DNA of 64,000 nt from Octopus sinensis (lineage: Eukaryota), in NCBI RefSeq assembly GCF_006345805.1, contig NC_043009.1, forward strand, positions 43,214,001 to 43,278,000, in the 5' to 3' direction. A program made the translations under genes and the position numbers. The stretch's first letter is position 1. Each line of letters starts with the position of its first letter. The notes below the pieces were generated by a model that saw nothing but the letters and a program-made list of their open reading frames with translations, was not told the origin of the DNA and did not search any database. Positions 24,145 to 36,464 of the stretch are shown here, in pieces.

Positions 24145-25651
24145 TTACTACTACTACTACTACTACTACAGCTGCTGCTGCTACTTCTATTACTACTGCC
24201 AATACTGTTTCACCACTGTTTCACCATCAATGCCACCAACACCATTAGCACCAGTATGGCCACTACTACCACAACGGTTCTACCCCCTTCCCCTGCCCCG
24301 TTGCTTTGCTAGCCCCTCACTACCACCACCACCACCCCACCCCACCCCAACCCGAACAAGCCCAAATAGTTTCTGTTTAATGAACTCCGCAATGATCTCA
24401 CAGAAGATGTCTCATGGGAGAGTTGGTCATGGCGAGAGGGAGATGAAGGAGAGACGGTGCAATGATGATGGAGAGAGGGGTGAGAGAGAGAGGGGGGAGA
24501 GATGTGGAGTGATGAAGGAGAGTATGGAGAAAGAAAGAAAGAGTGAGAGAGAGGGAAATACAGAGAAACAAGGAATGTGCTGTTGAACAGCAAGGAGTGC
24601 AAACATGATGGTGGTGGAGGGGCAATGGTGTCGATGACAAAGACGACGATGATGGTGATGATGTTGATGATGACAATGATGAAAAAAACGACGACTAGGG
24701 TGATGATGGCAATGATGAAAAACGATGACTACGATGATGATGACTGATGATAAAGACAATGAGGATGATGTTGACAATGATGACAACAACAATTATGAGG
24801 ACGGTGATGATGATGATGATGGCAATGATAATGATGATGGTGATGATGATGATGATGATGACGAATATGATGATAATGATGGCAATGATAACGACAATGA
24901 TGATGAGGAAGAGGAGGTGGATGATGATGATGATGATGATGACTATGATGATGATGATGATGATGGCAATGATAACAACAATGATGATGAGGATGAAGAT
25001 GAGGAGGAGGAGGATGATGATGACTATAATGATGATGATGATGATGATGACTATGATGATGATGATGATGATGATGATGGCAATGATAACAACAATGATG
25101 ATAAGAATGAAGATGAGGAGGAGGAGGAAGAGGAAGAGGAGGAGGAAGAGGATGACGATGATGATGATGAGAATGAGGATGATGATGAGGATAACTATGA
25201 TGATGATGATGATGATGATGAGAATGAGGACGATGATGACGATGATGATGATGATAACGATGATGATGATAGGAACGATGACAATGACAACAATGAATAT
25301 GACAATGGTAGCAATGACGATTATGGCAATGACAACGACTGTGCTGATGACAGCATCAACAATGATTATAATGAGAAAAGCAACGGCAATGATGGTACCG
25401 ATGATGGAAGATGATGACAATCCGAACGATGAAAATGATGACGATGATAAAAATATGAGGATGGTGAAAATGATAATAATGATGAGTGGTCATAGCAATT
25501 ATTGAGGTGGTGGGGGATGATGGGGGTGGTTGTGATGACGACAACAAAGTTGATGATGACAGGGAAGATGATGGTGGTGATGATGACTAAAATCAGAATG
25601 GTTATCACAGAAGAATGGGTCATCTGTGGAAAAGCAAAAAAGATGGTGTGA

Positions 25652-25712
<61 letters not shown>

Positions 25713-25851
25713 GTAATAATGATGATGATGATGATGATAATGCTGCTGTTGCTGTTGATGACGATGTGAGTGGTGGTGGTGGGGATGATTGATGATGATG
25801 ACGATGACGTAATGACGACGACAATGATGATGATGATGACGAATATGATGC

Positions 25852-25882
<31 letters not shown>

Positions 25883-26313
25883 AATGATGAGGATAATGAT
25901 GATGGTGATGACGATGACGATGACAATGGTGATGGTGATGATGGTGATGATGATGACAATGATGATGATGATGATGATGATGATGATAAAGGAATCAAAA
26001 ACAGGGAGCTGGGTGTGGTGTGGAGTGTAGAGAAGCAAAGAAGAAAAAAGAGGAGGAGGAGGAGGAGGAGGGGGAAGAAAGGACAAGATGGGAAAGAAGG
26101 AAGGTTAGTGGGAGGGTTGAGCAGGGTGGGAGTAGAAGGGAAAATAGAATCAAACAACAAACAAATAATAAAAGGGAGAGAAAAAAAAGGAAGAATGGGG
26201 GAAGAAAGAAAGAAAAAAAAGAAAGAAAGAGGGAAAGAAAGCAAGAAAGAAGGGAAGGAAGGAAGGATCTGTAAGGGAGAGAATTTCAGACAATACTGGA
26301 AATGGAGAAGAAC

Positions 26314-26354
<41 letters not shown>

Positions 26355-26780
26355 GGGAATGATGTCTGTGGAATTGGTAAAGGAAAGGGAAAGAATGGAA
26401 GAGAGAACAATGCCAGAGTGATAGGGCATTGTGGGAAACTGGCAGGAGATGGTGATGATAGGGGCGGGTAGGAGGTGATGGTATTGGTGGTGAGAGACAG
26501 AACCACAGAGAGAGAGAGAGAGAGAGAAACAGAGAAACAGAGAGAGATGGCTGACTGGCTGGCCAGTCGGCTGGATGGATGGCTGGTTGGCTGGTTGGTT
26601 GGTTGGTTGGTTGGCTGGTTGGTTGGATGGTGGTGGTGGCGGCGGCGGTGGTGGTGGTGTTGGAGGTGTTGGAGGTGTAAAAATCGAAACCTAAGGATGA
26701 CAATGGCTTTATCAACAATGGCAACAACAACAACCACAACAATAGCTACAACAACAACAACAACAACAACAACAAAAGAG
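23160..26780. repeat. Long compound trinucleotide field (CAC, TAC, GAT/GAC/GAG, AAT, GGT, AAC)
   Basis: Read directly; source of the poly-D/M/T/I pseudo-ORFs. Confidence 0.9.
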
Positions 26781-26959
26781 GTAAAGCAAACAAAACGGGT
26801 CAGTTCATTTGTGAAACCGATATAGGGGAGTTCAGGATAGTGTGTGTGTTTGTGTGTGTGTGTCTGCACATGTGTGTGTGTGGCATGTGTGTATGTGTGC
26901 ATGTGTGTGTAAATGCACGCATGTGTGTAAATGCATGTATGTGTGTGTTTATGTGTGCA

Positions 26960-27740
26960 TATGCATGTGTGTGTGTGTGTGTGTGTGTGTAGGAGGATGA
27001 GGAGGAAGATGTGCATTTGTGTGTGTATGTGTGTATGTATATGTGTATGTGCCTGAGGATGTGTGTGCATGTGTCAGAATCTGTGTGTGTGTTGCAATGA
27101 ATGTGTGTGTGTGTGTGTGTAGGAGGATGAGGAGGAAGATGTGCATTTGTGTGTGTATGTGTGTATGTATATGTGTATGTGCCTGAGGATGTGTGTGTAT
27201 GTGTCAGAATCTGTGTGTGTGTGTGTAAATGTGTGTTGCAATGAATGTGTGTGTGTGTGTATGTATATCAAAATGTGTTTAAGGATATGTGTATATGTGG
27301 GTGGGTGGGTGAGATGAAGTATATGTATCAGCATGCATGTGTGTGTGTGTGTGTGTGTGTTTGTAGGAGGATGAGGAGGAAGATGTGCATTTATGTGTGC
27401 GTGTTTATATATGTGTATGTCCCTGAGGATGTGTGTGCATGTGTCAGAATCTGTGTGTGTGTGTGTAAATGTGTGTTGCAATGAATGTGTGTGTGTGTGT
27501 GTGTGTGTGTAGGATGATGAGAAGGAAGATGTGCATTTGTGTGTGTGTGTATATATGTGTATGTGCCTGACGATGTGTGTGCATGTGTCAGAATCTGTGT
27601 GTGTGTGTGTAAATGTGTGTTGCAATGAATGTGTGTGTGTGTATGTGTGTATGTATATCAAAATGTGTTTAAGGATGTGTGTATATGTGGGTGTGTGAGA
27701 TGAAGTATATGTATCAGCATGCGTGTGTGTGTGTGTGTGT
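26960..27740. repeat. TG-rich higher-order minisatellite: (A, A+B) x2, period about 390 bp
   Basis: Module A anchor AGGA(G/T)GATGA..GAAGATGTGCATTT at 26991, 27121, 27365, 27511; module B ATATCAAAATGTGTTTAAGGA at 27265 and 27655. Confidence 0.85.
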
Positions 27741-28072
27741 ATGGGAGGATATATGAATGTGAAATTGTGTATGAGAATGCATATGCGTGTGTGTGTGTGA
27801 GAGGATGTATGACAGCATGTGTCTGCATATATATGTATTCATGTATGAGTGATGACATGATGATATTTATGTGAAGGTATGTGTGACTGTGTATATATAT
27901 GTGTGTGTGTGTGCGTGTGTGTGTGTGCACATGTGTATGTATATGTGACTACATATATATATATATATATTATATATATATATATACAGACATGTGTGGG
28001 GGTGTATGTATGTATATGTTTATGTACATCTATGTGTGTGTGTGTGCATGCATACATATATATGTGTATGTG

Positions 28073-28107
<35 letters not shown>

Positions 28108-28217
28108 AGGTGTGTGTGTGTGTATGAAAATGTGCATGCTGGACTGTTTAGCCAGAAAAATAGATATGAGTGCGTACATGTGTGTGTGTGTGCGTGTGTG
28201 TTTGTGTGTGTGTGTGT

Positions 28218-28265
<48 letters not shown>

Positions 28266-29123
28266 GGACTGTTGTTTATCCAGAGAACACAATAGTTGTT
28301 ACTGTAGCAGAAAGCCAGAGAGATAGAAGCTGACAAGATGACAGGGTGGGTGCAGCAGATTTAGGGTCCTGGGAAGGGAGATGAAGAGTGATAGATGGTG
28401 GTGGTGCTGGTGGTGGTGCTGGTGCTGGTGGTGGTGGTGGTGGTCATGGTGGGTAATGTCGATGGTGGCAATAGTGATTGAGGTTGTGGTAATTGGGGGA
28501 GAGTAGGTTGAGGGTTGTGGAGGTGATGGTGGTGGTGGTGGTGGTGGTGATGGTGGCGATGGTGGTGGTGGTGGTCATAGTCTTCATGATGACGGTGGTA
28601 ATGTTAGCAACAGTGGTTGAGGTGGCGGTGGTGTTGGCAGTGATGATGACAATGATGACAGCGACAATGATGATGATGATTACAAGGGTGATGACGATGG
28701 TGATGAAGATGATGACGATGATGACGATGATGATGACGATGATGATTATGAGGTTGATGATGATGATGATGATGGGGGTTGTAGTGATGCTGATGGTGGC
28801 AATGGCAGCCAATGGTTATGGTGATGGTCCTAGGTTAACTTCATACATTTTTCCCTTACTAAAGGCTTCTTCTTACAATAATGGTCGTTGTTGTTGTTGT
28901 TGTTGTTGTTGTTGCTATTGTTGTTGATGGCTTTTATTGATGGTATGTTAGCTTGTTGTTCTTTTTACACCTCCCACCATCACCACCACCACCACCACCA
29001 CCACCACCACACCACCATCCCCTATATTCTTGTTGTGGTAGTTGTTGAGGCAGTGGTACTGATGGCTTGTATGGTGGTAGCATAGAAGGGAGAGACAGAC
29101 AAACAAGCAGACAGACAGGCAGA

Positions 29124-29168
<45 letters not shown>

Positions 29169-29292
29169 AGAGGGAGAGCATGTTTTTTTAATTTTATTTT
29201 TATGAGATTTTTGGTGTTTTGGTTGTTTCCCTAACAATATCTTTTGTCTTTCCTTGTTTTCTCTTTCCAGTGTGCATGTGTGTGGGGGGGTT

Positions 29293-29326
<34 letters not shown>

Positions 29327-29503
29327 CTGTATGTGCACATTGTTGTTGTTGTTGTTGATGATGACGATCATGATGATGTTGGTACCATTCTCTTCTTTTT
29401 TTTTAATCCAGAGCAATGGATTGGATGAATGTTGGAAGAACTGGACACTTTGCTGCTGCAATTACTGCTTCTATACTGCTGCTGTTGTTGTTGCTGCTGC
29501 TGC

Positions 29504-29543
<40 letters not shown>

Positions 29544-30016
29544 GCTGTTGTTGTTAGCGTTGGTGGTATTTTGTGGATAATAATGGTTAGAGGAAAGGTC
29601 TGTTGCTAACCACACAAAGGAAACGCCAACAACTGAAGATAGGGAACTAGAAGGACATCAAGGACAAAACAAACGAAAAAAATATAAAAAATACGATAAA
29701 AATAAAAATAAAAATAAAAATAGAAATAAAACTATGTTAGCCTTTGTTTTTGTTTTTTTTTTCGAAGAACAAATAAAAATAAACAAAGGAAAAATTTGGA
29801 ATCGTAAACAGAAAAAGAACCCAAAATAAAAGAAAGGACTTCACTGACAATATTCCAGAGTAAAGAGAAAATGGATCACTTAAGGTAGGGAGTACAGAAG
29901 AATATATCCTGCTCATGAAAAGAAAATGGTATGGAACCAAATGTGCACACGCACACACACACATTCATGTGTGCACATGTACGCACACTCACACATATAC
30001 ATGTATATAAATTCCT

Positions 30017-30247
30017 GTTTCTTTATTGCCCACAAGGGGCTAAACATAGAGGGGACAAACAAGGACAGACAAAGAGATTAAGTCGATTAATTCGACCCCA
30101 GTGCGTAACTGGTACTTTATTTATCGACCCCGAATGGATGAAAGGCAAAGTCGACCTTGGCAGAATTTGAACTCAGAACATAACAGCAGACGAAATACCG
30201 CTAAGCATTTCATCTGGCGTGCTAACGTTTCTGCCAGCTCGCCACCT
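30017..30247 (-). mobile_element. SINE family B (first of a tandem pair)
   Basis: Aligns with 9602-9832. Confidence 0.88.
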
Positions 30248-30268
30248 TTTAAAATATATTCTTTCTTA

Positions 30269-30498
30269 TTTCTTTATTGCCCACAACGGGTGAAACACAG
30301 AGGGGAAAAACAAGGACAGACAAAGGGATTAAGTTGATTAATTCAACTCCAGTGCATCACTGGTACTTAATTTATCAACCCCGAAAGGATGAAAAGCAAA
30401 GTCGACCTCGGCAGAATTTGAACTCAGAACATAACAGCAGATGAAATACCGCTAAGCATTTCGTTCGGCATACTAACGTTTCTGCCAGCTCACCGCCT
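30269..30498 (-). mobile_element. SINE family B (second of a tandem pair)
   Basis: Aligns with 9602-9832; about 20 bp from the first copy. Confidence 0.88.
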
Positions 30499-30526
30499 TT
30501 TATATGTATATAAATTTTTTTATTCT

Positions 30527-32046
30527 TTTTCTTGTTTAAGTCATTTGACTGCAGCCACACTGGAGCACCGCCTTGAAGGGTTTTAATGAAAGTAATCAAC
30601 CCCAGGACTTATTCTTTGTAAACCTAGTACTTATTCTAACAGACTCTTTGGCCAAACCAGCATCAGTTGTCAAGGGATGTTGGGGGGACAAACATAGACA
30701 CAAAGATACACAAACATAAATATCAGGTTGAGTAAAAAGTAATCAACGTTTTGAACCATGAAGAATCTGTATCGTATTTTTGTAGAGTTTTGAATTTTTT
30801 TTAAACATTTTTTTGCAATTGTCTGATAATTCAGACATAGACTTGCCCAGATGCAACAATAAATTAACATTGATATTTTTTTCACCATTGTTACAATCAT
30901 CTGAAATGGAACAGTCAAAGCGTGATGTTCAAGAAATTTTGTTATTCAACTTCAAAAAAGGATGTAAAGCAGCCAAAACTGCTCTCGAAATCAACAAAAC
31001 ATTTGATAAAGAAATGACCAGTGAGTGGTCAGCTGGTAAATGGTTTAAACGATTTTGCAGTGGAAACCTGAGCCTTGAAGATAGTGACACTCATCTGTCA
31101 TCGATGATGGTCAATTAAAGATCCACATAAAACCATTCAAGAACTTGCAAAAGAACTTAGAAGTTAGCCAGAAAACTGCCTGCAACCATTGGTATGTCAT
31201 TGGAAAATCAAAATCGCTCAACAAATGGGTACCACACGATTTGAATGAAAACCAGAAAATGTACAGATTTGAAATTTGCTTGCTGCTTCTTCTCCGTAAC
31301 CAGACTGATCCATTTCTCGACCATATTATAACTTTGATGAAAGTAGTTTTACCAGAATGAAGCACCAAAACTCTTCCCTGAACGCAACCTCTTCAAAAAG
31401 AAGGTTATGGTGACTGTTTGGTGGTGTACCGCTGGTCTCATTTACTATGACTTCTTAAAACCTGGAAAAACCATTACTGCAGAAACATATTGCCATGAAA
31501 TTGCCAAAATGAATGAAAATCTGTTACTCCTACCTCCCAGACTGGTCAGCTTTATGACAATGCTCAACCACACTTTTCACTAATGACACTCCAAAAGTTG
31601 AAGGAACTTCGCTACGAAGTTCTTCCCCACCCAGCTTATTCCCCAGACATTTCTCCTACTGACTACCACTTTTACAAGCACCTTGATGGTTTCCTGAGAG
31701 AAGGAGTTCAAAAATCAAACCAATGCCGAATGTGTATTCAAAGAGTTCATCAGCTCCAGAACTCTAGAACTCTAGACTTGTAATTCATTGGCAAAAATGT
31801 GTTGATTGTAATGGTACTTACTTTGATGAATAAAGTTTATGCATTGTTGAAATATATTGTAATGAAATTCATGTTTCAAAACGTTGCTTACTTTTTATTC
31901 ATATAACACATATATTTATAACATATACATACATACACATCTGCCAAATCCACTCACAAGGCTTTGATTGACCTGAGGCTATAGTAGAAGACACTTGTGC
32001 AAGGTGCCACACAGTGGGACTGAGCCCAGAACCATGTGATTAGGGA
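30527..32046 (-). mobile_element. SINE family A split by the mariner insertion (3' half 30527-30720, 5' half 31921-32046)
   Basis: The two halves are collinear with 44945-45358; the break is at the internal CA/TA tract. Confidence 0.78.
30721..31905 (+). mobile_element. Mariner (DD34D) DNA transposon with a pseudogenised transposase (~30906-31790)
   Basis: HTH region MEQSKRDVQEILLFNFKKG..KWFKRF, KWVPHDL, VMVTVWW, YDNAQPH..HPAYSPDISPTDYH (34 residues between the Ds). Left end TATCAGGTTGAGTAAAAAGTAATCAACGTTTTGAACCATGAA; the reverse complement at ~31868-31901 matches 31 of 34 nt. Confidence 0.93.
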
Positions 32047-32049
32047 GTT

Positions 32050-32250
32050 ATTTACTTGTTTCAGGCTTGAACTGTGGCCATGCTTGGGCATTACCTTGAA
32101 GGGTTTAGTTGAAAGAAATTACCATTGTACTTAAATTTTTTAACCCTGGAACTCATTCTATTGATCCCCTTTTGCCAAACTGCTAATTTATGGGGAAGTT
32201 AACAAACCAACACCAGTTGACAAGCAGTGGTGGGAAACAAACATAAACTC
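32050..32250 (-). mobile_element. Degenerate SINE family A, 3' half
   Basis: TTACTTGTTTCAG..GGCCATGCT..CCTTGAAGGG..TTTTGCCAAACTGCTAA blocks. Confidence 0.7.
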
Positions 32251-32295
32251 ACACACACATATAATATGGCAGATAGAATTCATATATATATATAA

Positions 32296-32685
32296 CTAGC
32301 AGTATCGCCCGGCGTTGCTCGGGTTTGTAAGGGAAATAATTATATAAGCATTTTTAGAGATGTAAAGTATAATAGCCATGTCAATATGGCTAACCACAAA
32401 GGGGGAGGGGTGTTACTGTAGCTTTTTACGTTCTGAGATTTAATAATAAATTTTAGAGAGTTACTTCCCTTATATATGTCAAAATGGATTAAAAATGGGA
32501 AAAATTGATGGTAAATTTTTTTTTAAATCGTAGATCATCGTAGACGCGCGCTAATACCCAGACGGTCTCGATATGAATCACGACTATAAGATACCCGTTT
32601 TGGTTAAACTGCACCGCAAAATGGGGTTAGTTAGGAATCTAAATCGTAGGAGACAGACACACAACCTCACTTTTATATATAAAGA
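32296..32685 (-). mobile_element. Non-autonomous Helitron, 390 bp
   Basis: Minus strand: A|TC 5' end (32685), GC hairpin CCCGAGC-AAC-GCCGGG 8 nt before a 3' CTAG|T (32296), inserted between A and T, no TSD. Confidence 0.85.
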
Positions 32686-32846
32686 TTTCCTCTATTTACA
32701 TAATATTGAGGTCTCTTTCTTCTTTTGTTATCTTACTGTTTTTACCAATATACATATATATATATATATAAATATATATATAGTTACAGAGATGTACTTG
32801 CATAGCAAGTGACTTGATCTGAGATCGTGTGCTGGAACGAAAACAG

Positions 32847-33100
32847 TTGCAGCATTGAAGGTGTTTATAAGCCATTTAAGAAACACACAAAAACCGTTAG
32901 ATTCACTTCAACATTTAATTTAATTTGTCAAATATTTTCGTCGCTTTGAGACGCGACCTGTTAGCACGATATTTTTGTCAGTGAACAGGTCGCGGTCTCA
33001 AAGCGACGAAAATTTTTGGCAAATTAAATTTAAATTTGAAGTGAATGTAACGGTTTTTGTGTGTTTCTTAAATGGCTTACAAACACCTTCCACGCTGCAA
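32847..33100. mobile_element. 254-bp foldback: ~115-bp inverted arms with a ~21-bp spacer
   Basis: TTGCAGC..GAAGGTGTTT..CGCGACCTGTT / AACAGGTCGCG..AAACACCTTCCACGCTGCAA; a related arm fragment is at ~3575-3660. Confidence 0.82.
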
Positions 33101-33194
33101 TAATATATACATACATATATATATATGTATGTATGTATGTATGTGTGTATATGTGTATGCATGTATGTGTGTGTGTGTGCGTGTCTGTGCTTGT

Positions 33195-33398
33195 GATTGT
33201 CCTCCACCAATGCTTGACAACGAATGTTGGTTTGTTTACATCCCTGTCACTAGTGGTTTGACAAAGGAAACAGATAGAATAAGTACAATGCTTACAAAAA
33301 TAAAACTGGAGTTGATTCATTAAACTACAATTCTTCAAGGCATTGCCCCAGCATGGCCACAGACCAATGGCTGGAAAAAGCAGAAGAATAAAAGAATA
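33195..33398 (+). mobile_element. Degenerate SINE family A, 3' half
   Basis: Aligns with 10470-10668. Confidence 0.7.
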
Positions 33399-33769
33399 CA
33401 TTCTCTGCTTTGGTCTTATGTTCAAGGCATGAGAAAGCTTGAGTTTACATGAGAAGGCCTAACAGACCTGGTAGAAACAGCAGCCAAATCTCCCTCAAAT
33501 CACACCTTACTGTCTTATGTATGTATATATATATGAGCCAATGAGGGGGACCTCTACATGGTAGCTAGACCTGGTAGAAATAGCATCCAAATTTCCCCCA
33601 AATCACACCTTACTGTCTTATCTATGTATATATGTATGTATGAGCCTACACTCACACACACGCACACACACACACACACACACACACGCACCCTCACACA
33701 CACACACACGCACACACACACACACACACTCACACACACGCACGTTAGCTTACAATTTTATTATATATT

Positions 33770-34108
33770 TGCGTGTCAATGTGTGAAAGAGGAAGAAGTG
33801 GGAGGCAGAGTGAAAGAATCAATCACTACAGTAAGTGAATACTTTCATTTTATACGTTGCCCACTGTGTGTGCGTTTGCGTGTGGTGTAAACCAGACTAA
33901 GAAAAGCATTTGACCACACACACCAGAATGTGAGTTTTCTTTAAATTTTGCTTAATTGGAGTTTAAATTTAAAAAACTGGACCTGGCATGACGCGATGCA
34001 TTGTACTCTTAAAAATGCTAGGTAAATTGTAATTGAAGAAATCCTATATTGTAGATTTGTATAACTCCCAAAGGGAGGCAGATAAAATCTGCCTTTTATA
34101 ATAAGAGA
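33770..34108 (-). mobile_element. Probable Helitron 5' portion (second family)
   Basis: Minus-strand end A|TCTCTTATTATAAAAGG resembles A|TCTTTATATATAAAAGT of 32685; subterminal hairpin GGCAGAT-AAA-ATCTGCC. No 3' CTRR end found, so the left boundary is uncertain. Confidence 0.4.
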
Positions 34109-34209
34109 TAATATGAGGGAATATTATTCCAAACTGATATATATATATATGATGATGATGATATATTCTTTTATTCTTTTATTTGTTTCTAGGAAAATGA
34201 AATGATTCA

Positions 34210-34510
34210 CCATCATTTAATATCTGTTTTCCATGCTAGCATGGGTTAGACGATTTGACTGAAACTGCTAAGCAAGAGAGCTGTGCCAGGTTCCAGTTCC
34301 ATTTGGCATGGTTTCTGCACCTGAATGCCCTTCCTAATGCCAACCACTCTGAGAGTGTAATGAATGCTCTTTACATGTCACCTGCAATTATGTGTCAATT
34401 ATTTGACACCAGCATCAGTCACGACTATGACTTCATGGCAACAGTCACAATTATGGTTTCACTTGGCTTGATGAGTCTTCTCAAGCACAGTATATCACCA
34501 AGGGCTCGGT
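34210..34510 (-). mobile_element. Degenerate RTE-type 3' end
   Basis: CCATGCTAGCATGGGTT..GATTTGACTG..TGCCCTTCCTAATGCCAACCACTC matches 56022-56200. Confidence 0.7.
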
Positions 34511-34792
34511 GACTTATCGCCTCTTGAGGTCAAGCATTTGAAAATCATTTCAAAGATCATGCTACCTGCAAAAAGAACAAGGAATTCTTGGATAGATAAT
34601 TTGTTTCCAATTTCATTTTGCCATCTGTATTATTTTTGTTGTTCTTTTCTTCTTTTTCTTTCTTTTTTATGCTCTTCGGAATGACATGAGTGATGATGAG
34701 GAAGAAGGAATCTTCTAATTCTAACTGATGATTTTAAAAACTCACCTTCTTGAGAATTTCAACAAAAGAGTCGTTTACATAGATACACACAG

Positions 34793-34822
<30 letters not shown>

Positions 34823-34824
<2 letters not shown>

Positions 34825-36145
34825 CATCATCATCCTTTAACATCCGCTTCCCATACTGGCATGGGTTGGACGGTTTGACTGAGAACTGGTGAGCCAGAGG
34901 CTGTACCAGACTCAATCTGATCTGGCAAAGTTTCTACAGTTGAATGCCTTTCGTAATGCCACATGCTGCCTGCATGGGAGACACTCCGGCAACACTGGCA
35001 ACGACCACACTCGAATGTTGTTTCTCACGTGCCACCAGCACATGTGCCAGTAAGGCAATGCTGGCTATGATCATGCTCGAATGGTGCTTTCCACATATCA
35101 CTAGCACAGGAGCCAATCTGTGGCCCTGGCAACAATCATGCTCGGATATGCTTCTTTTAACGTTCCACTGGCACAAGCACCAATCAGGCAGTACTGTCAT
35201 CGGCCACATCAGTGATTTTGATTTATTTACACTTGCCTGAATAGCTCTTTGCAAGCAAAGTTCATTGTCCAATGAATGAGGGGTACTCATAAGTGGGCCG
35301 GTTACACCCCACATTCGGATGTGCTTTTAAAGTTCCACTGGCACAAGTGCCAATCAGGCAGTACTATCGTCGGCCATGTCAGCAATTTTGATTTTGATTT
35401 CGATTTTGATTTCTCTTGCCTCAATAGGTCTTCACAAGCAAGGTTTATTGTCCAATGAATGAGGGGTATTCATAAATGGGCTGGTTACACCCACTGGCAT
35501 AGGCCATGGGCTATGGTCTCACTTGGCTTGTCGGGTCTTCTCAAACACAGCATATCTCCAAAGGCCCTGGTCACTAGGCATTGCCTTGGTAAGGCCCAAT
35601 GTTCGAAGGTCTTGCTTCACCACCTCATCCCAGGTCTTCCTGGGTCTACCTTTTCAACAGGTTCCCTCAGTTGCTAAGGTGGGACACTTTTTCACACAGC
35701 TGTCACAACACATGACCATGCCAGCCCAGCCGTCTCTCTTGCACACCACATCTGATGCTTCTTAAATCCAACTTTTCTCTGAGGGTGCTTACACTCTGTT
35801 GTGTATGTACACTGACATTACACATCCAGCAGAGCATACCGGCTTCATTCCTTGCAAGCTTATGCATGTCCTCAGCAGTCACGGCCCATACTTCACTGCC
35901 TACTTGCACAGCTGCTTACACACATGCATCATACAGTCTACCTTTTACTCTAAGCGAGAGGTCCTTTGTCACCAGCAGAGGTAGGTGCGCTCTGAATTTT
36001 GCCCAGGTTATTCTTATTCTAGCAACTACACTTTTCAAGCATCCACCCCTGCAACTGACTTGGTCCCCTAAGTAATGGAAGCTATCAACTACTTCTAGTT
36101 TTTCTCCCTGGAATGTGACAGAAGCTGTTCTCTGCGCATTTTCTG
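34823..36145 (-). mobile_element. 5'-truncated RTE-clade LINE: RT C-terminus, long 3' UTR with an internal duplication, (GAT)n tail
   Basis: GSEVWAV..EAGMLCWMCNV..LREKLDLRSIRCGVQERRLGWHGHV (35703-35909), then GRPRKTWDEVVKQDL; the 3' UTR ends in TTAAAG(GAT)n. Confidence 0.88.
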
Positions 36146-36189
36146 TGTTTATATATGTATATATATATAATTATGTGTGTGTGTGTGTG

Positions 36190-36406
36190 TATTTTTGGGT
36201 GTAAGTGACTGCATGTGTATCATTGGCGATTTTCTTTTTCCATCTTCTCTTCTTTGGACTTTTTCTGTATTTCTGATGAAGAGCTCCGTTCGAAATGTGA
36301 AATCCTCTTTCTTTTCTCTCCTTTCCTGAGCGTCCAATAACACTGTACTTGTTCCACATCCTCGTGTTGTTGTTTTTTCTTGCTTGTTCATGTTTGGATT
36401 GACTAC
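36190..36406 (+). mobile_element. Short element between TA/TG microsatellites with a hammerhead-core-like motif; possible Penelope-type pseudo-LTR
   Basis: CTGATGA-A-GAGC-TCC-GTTC-GAAA at 36273-36295; pyrimidine-rich flanks. The classification is inferred. Confidence 0.4.
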
Positions 36407-36429
36407 ATTATATATATACAGATGTATAC

Positions 36430-36464
<35 letters not shown>

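Noticed and set aside
24695-26086. 229-252-aa Asp-rich or Met-rich ORFs resembling acidic biomineralisation proteins
   Set aside because: A compound (GAT/GAC/GAG/AAT)n field open in all three plus frames, with no signal peptide, splice context or codon-position bias visible.
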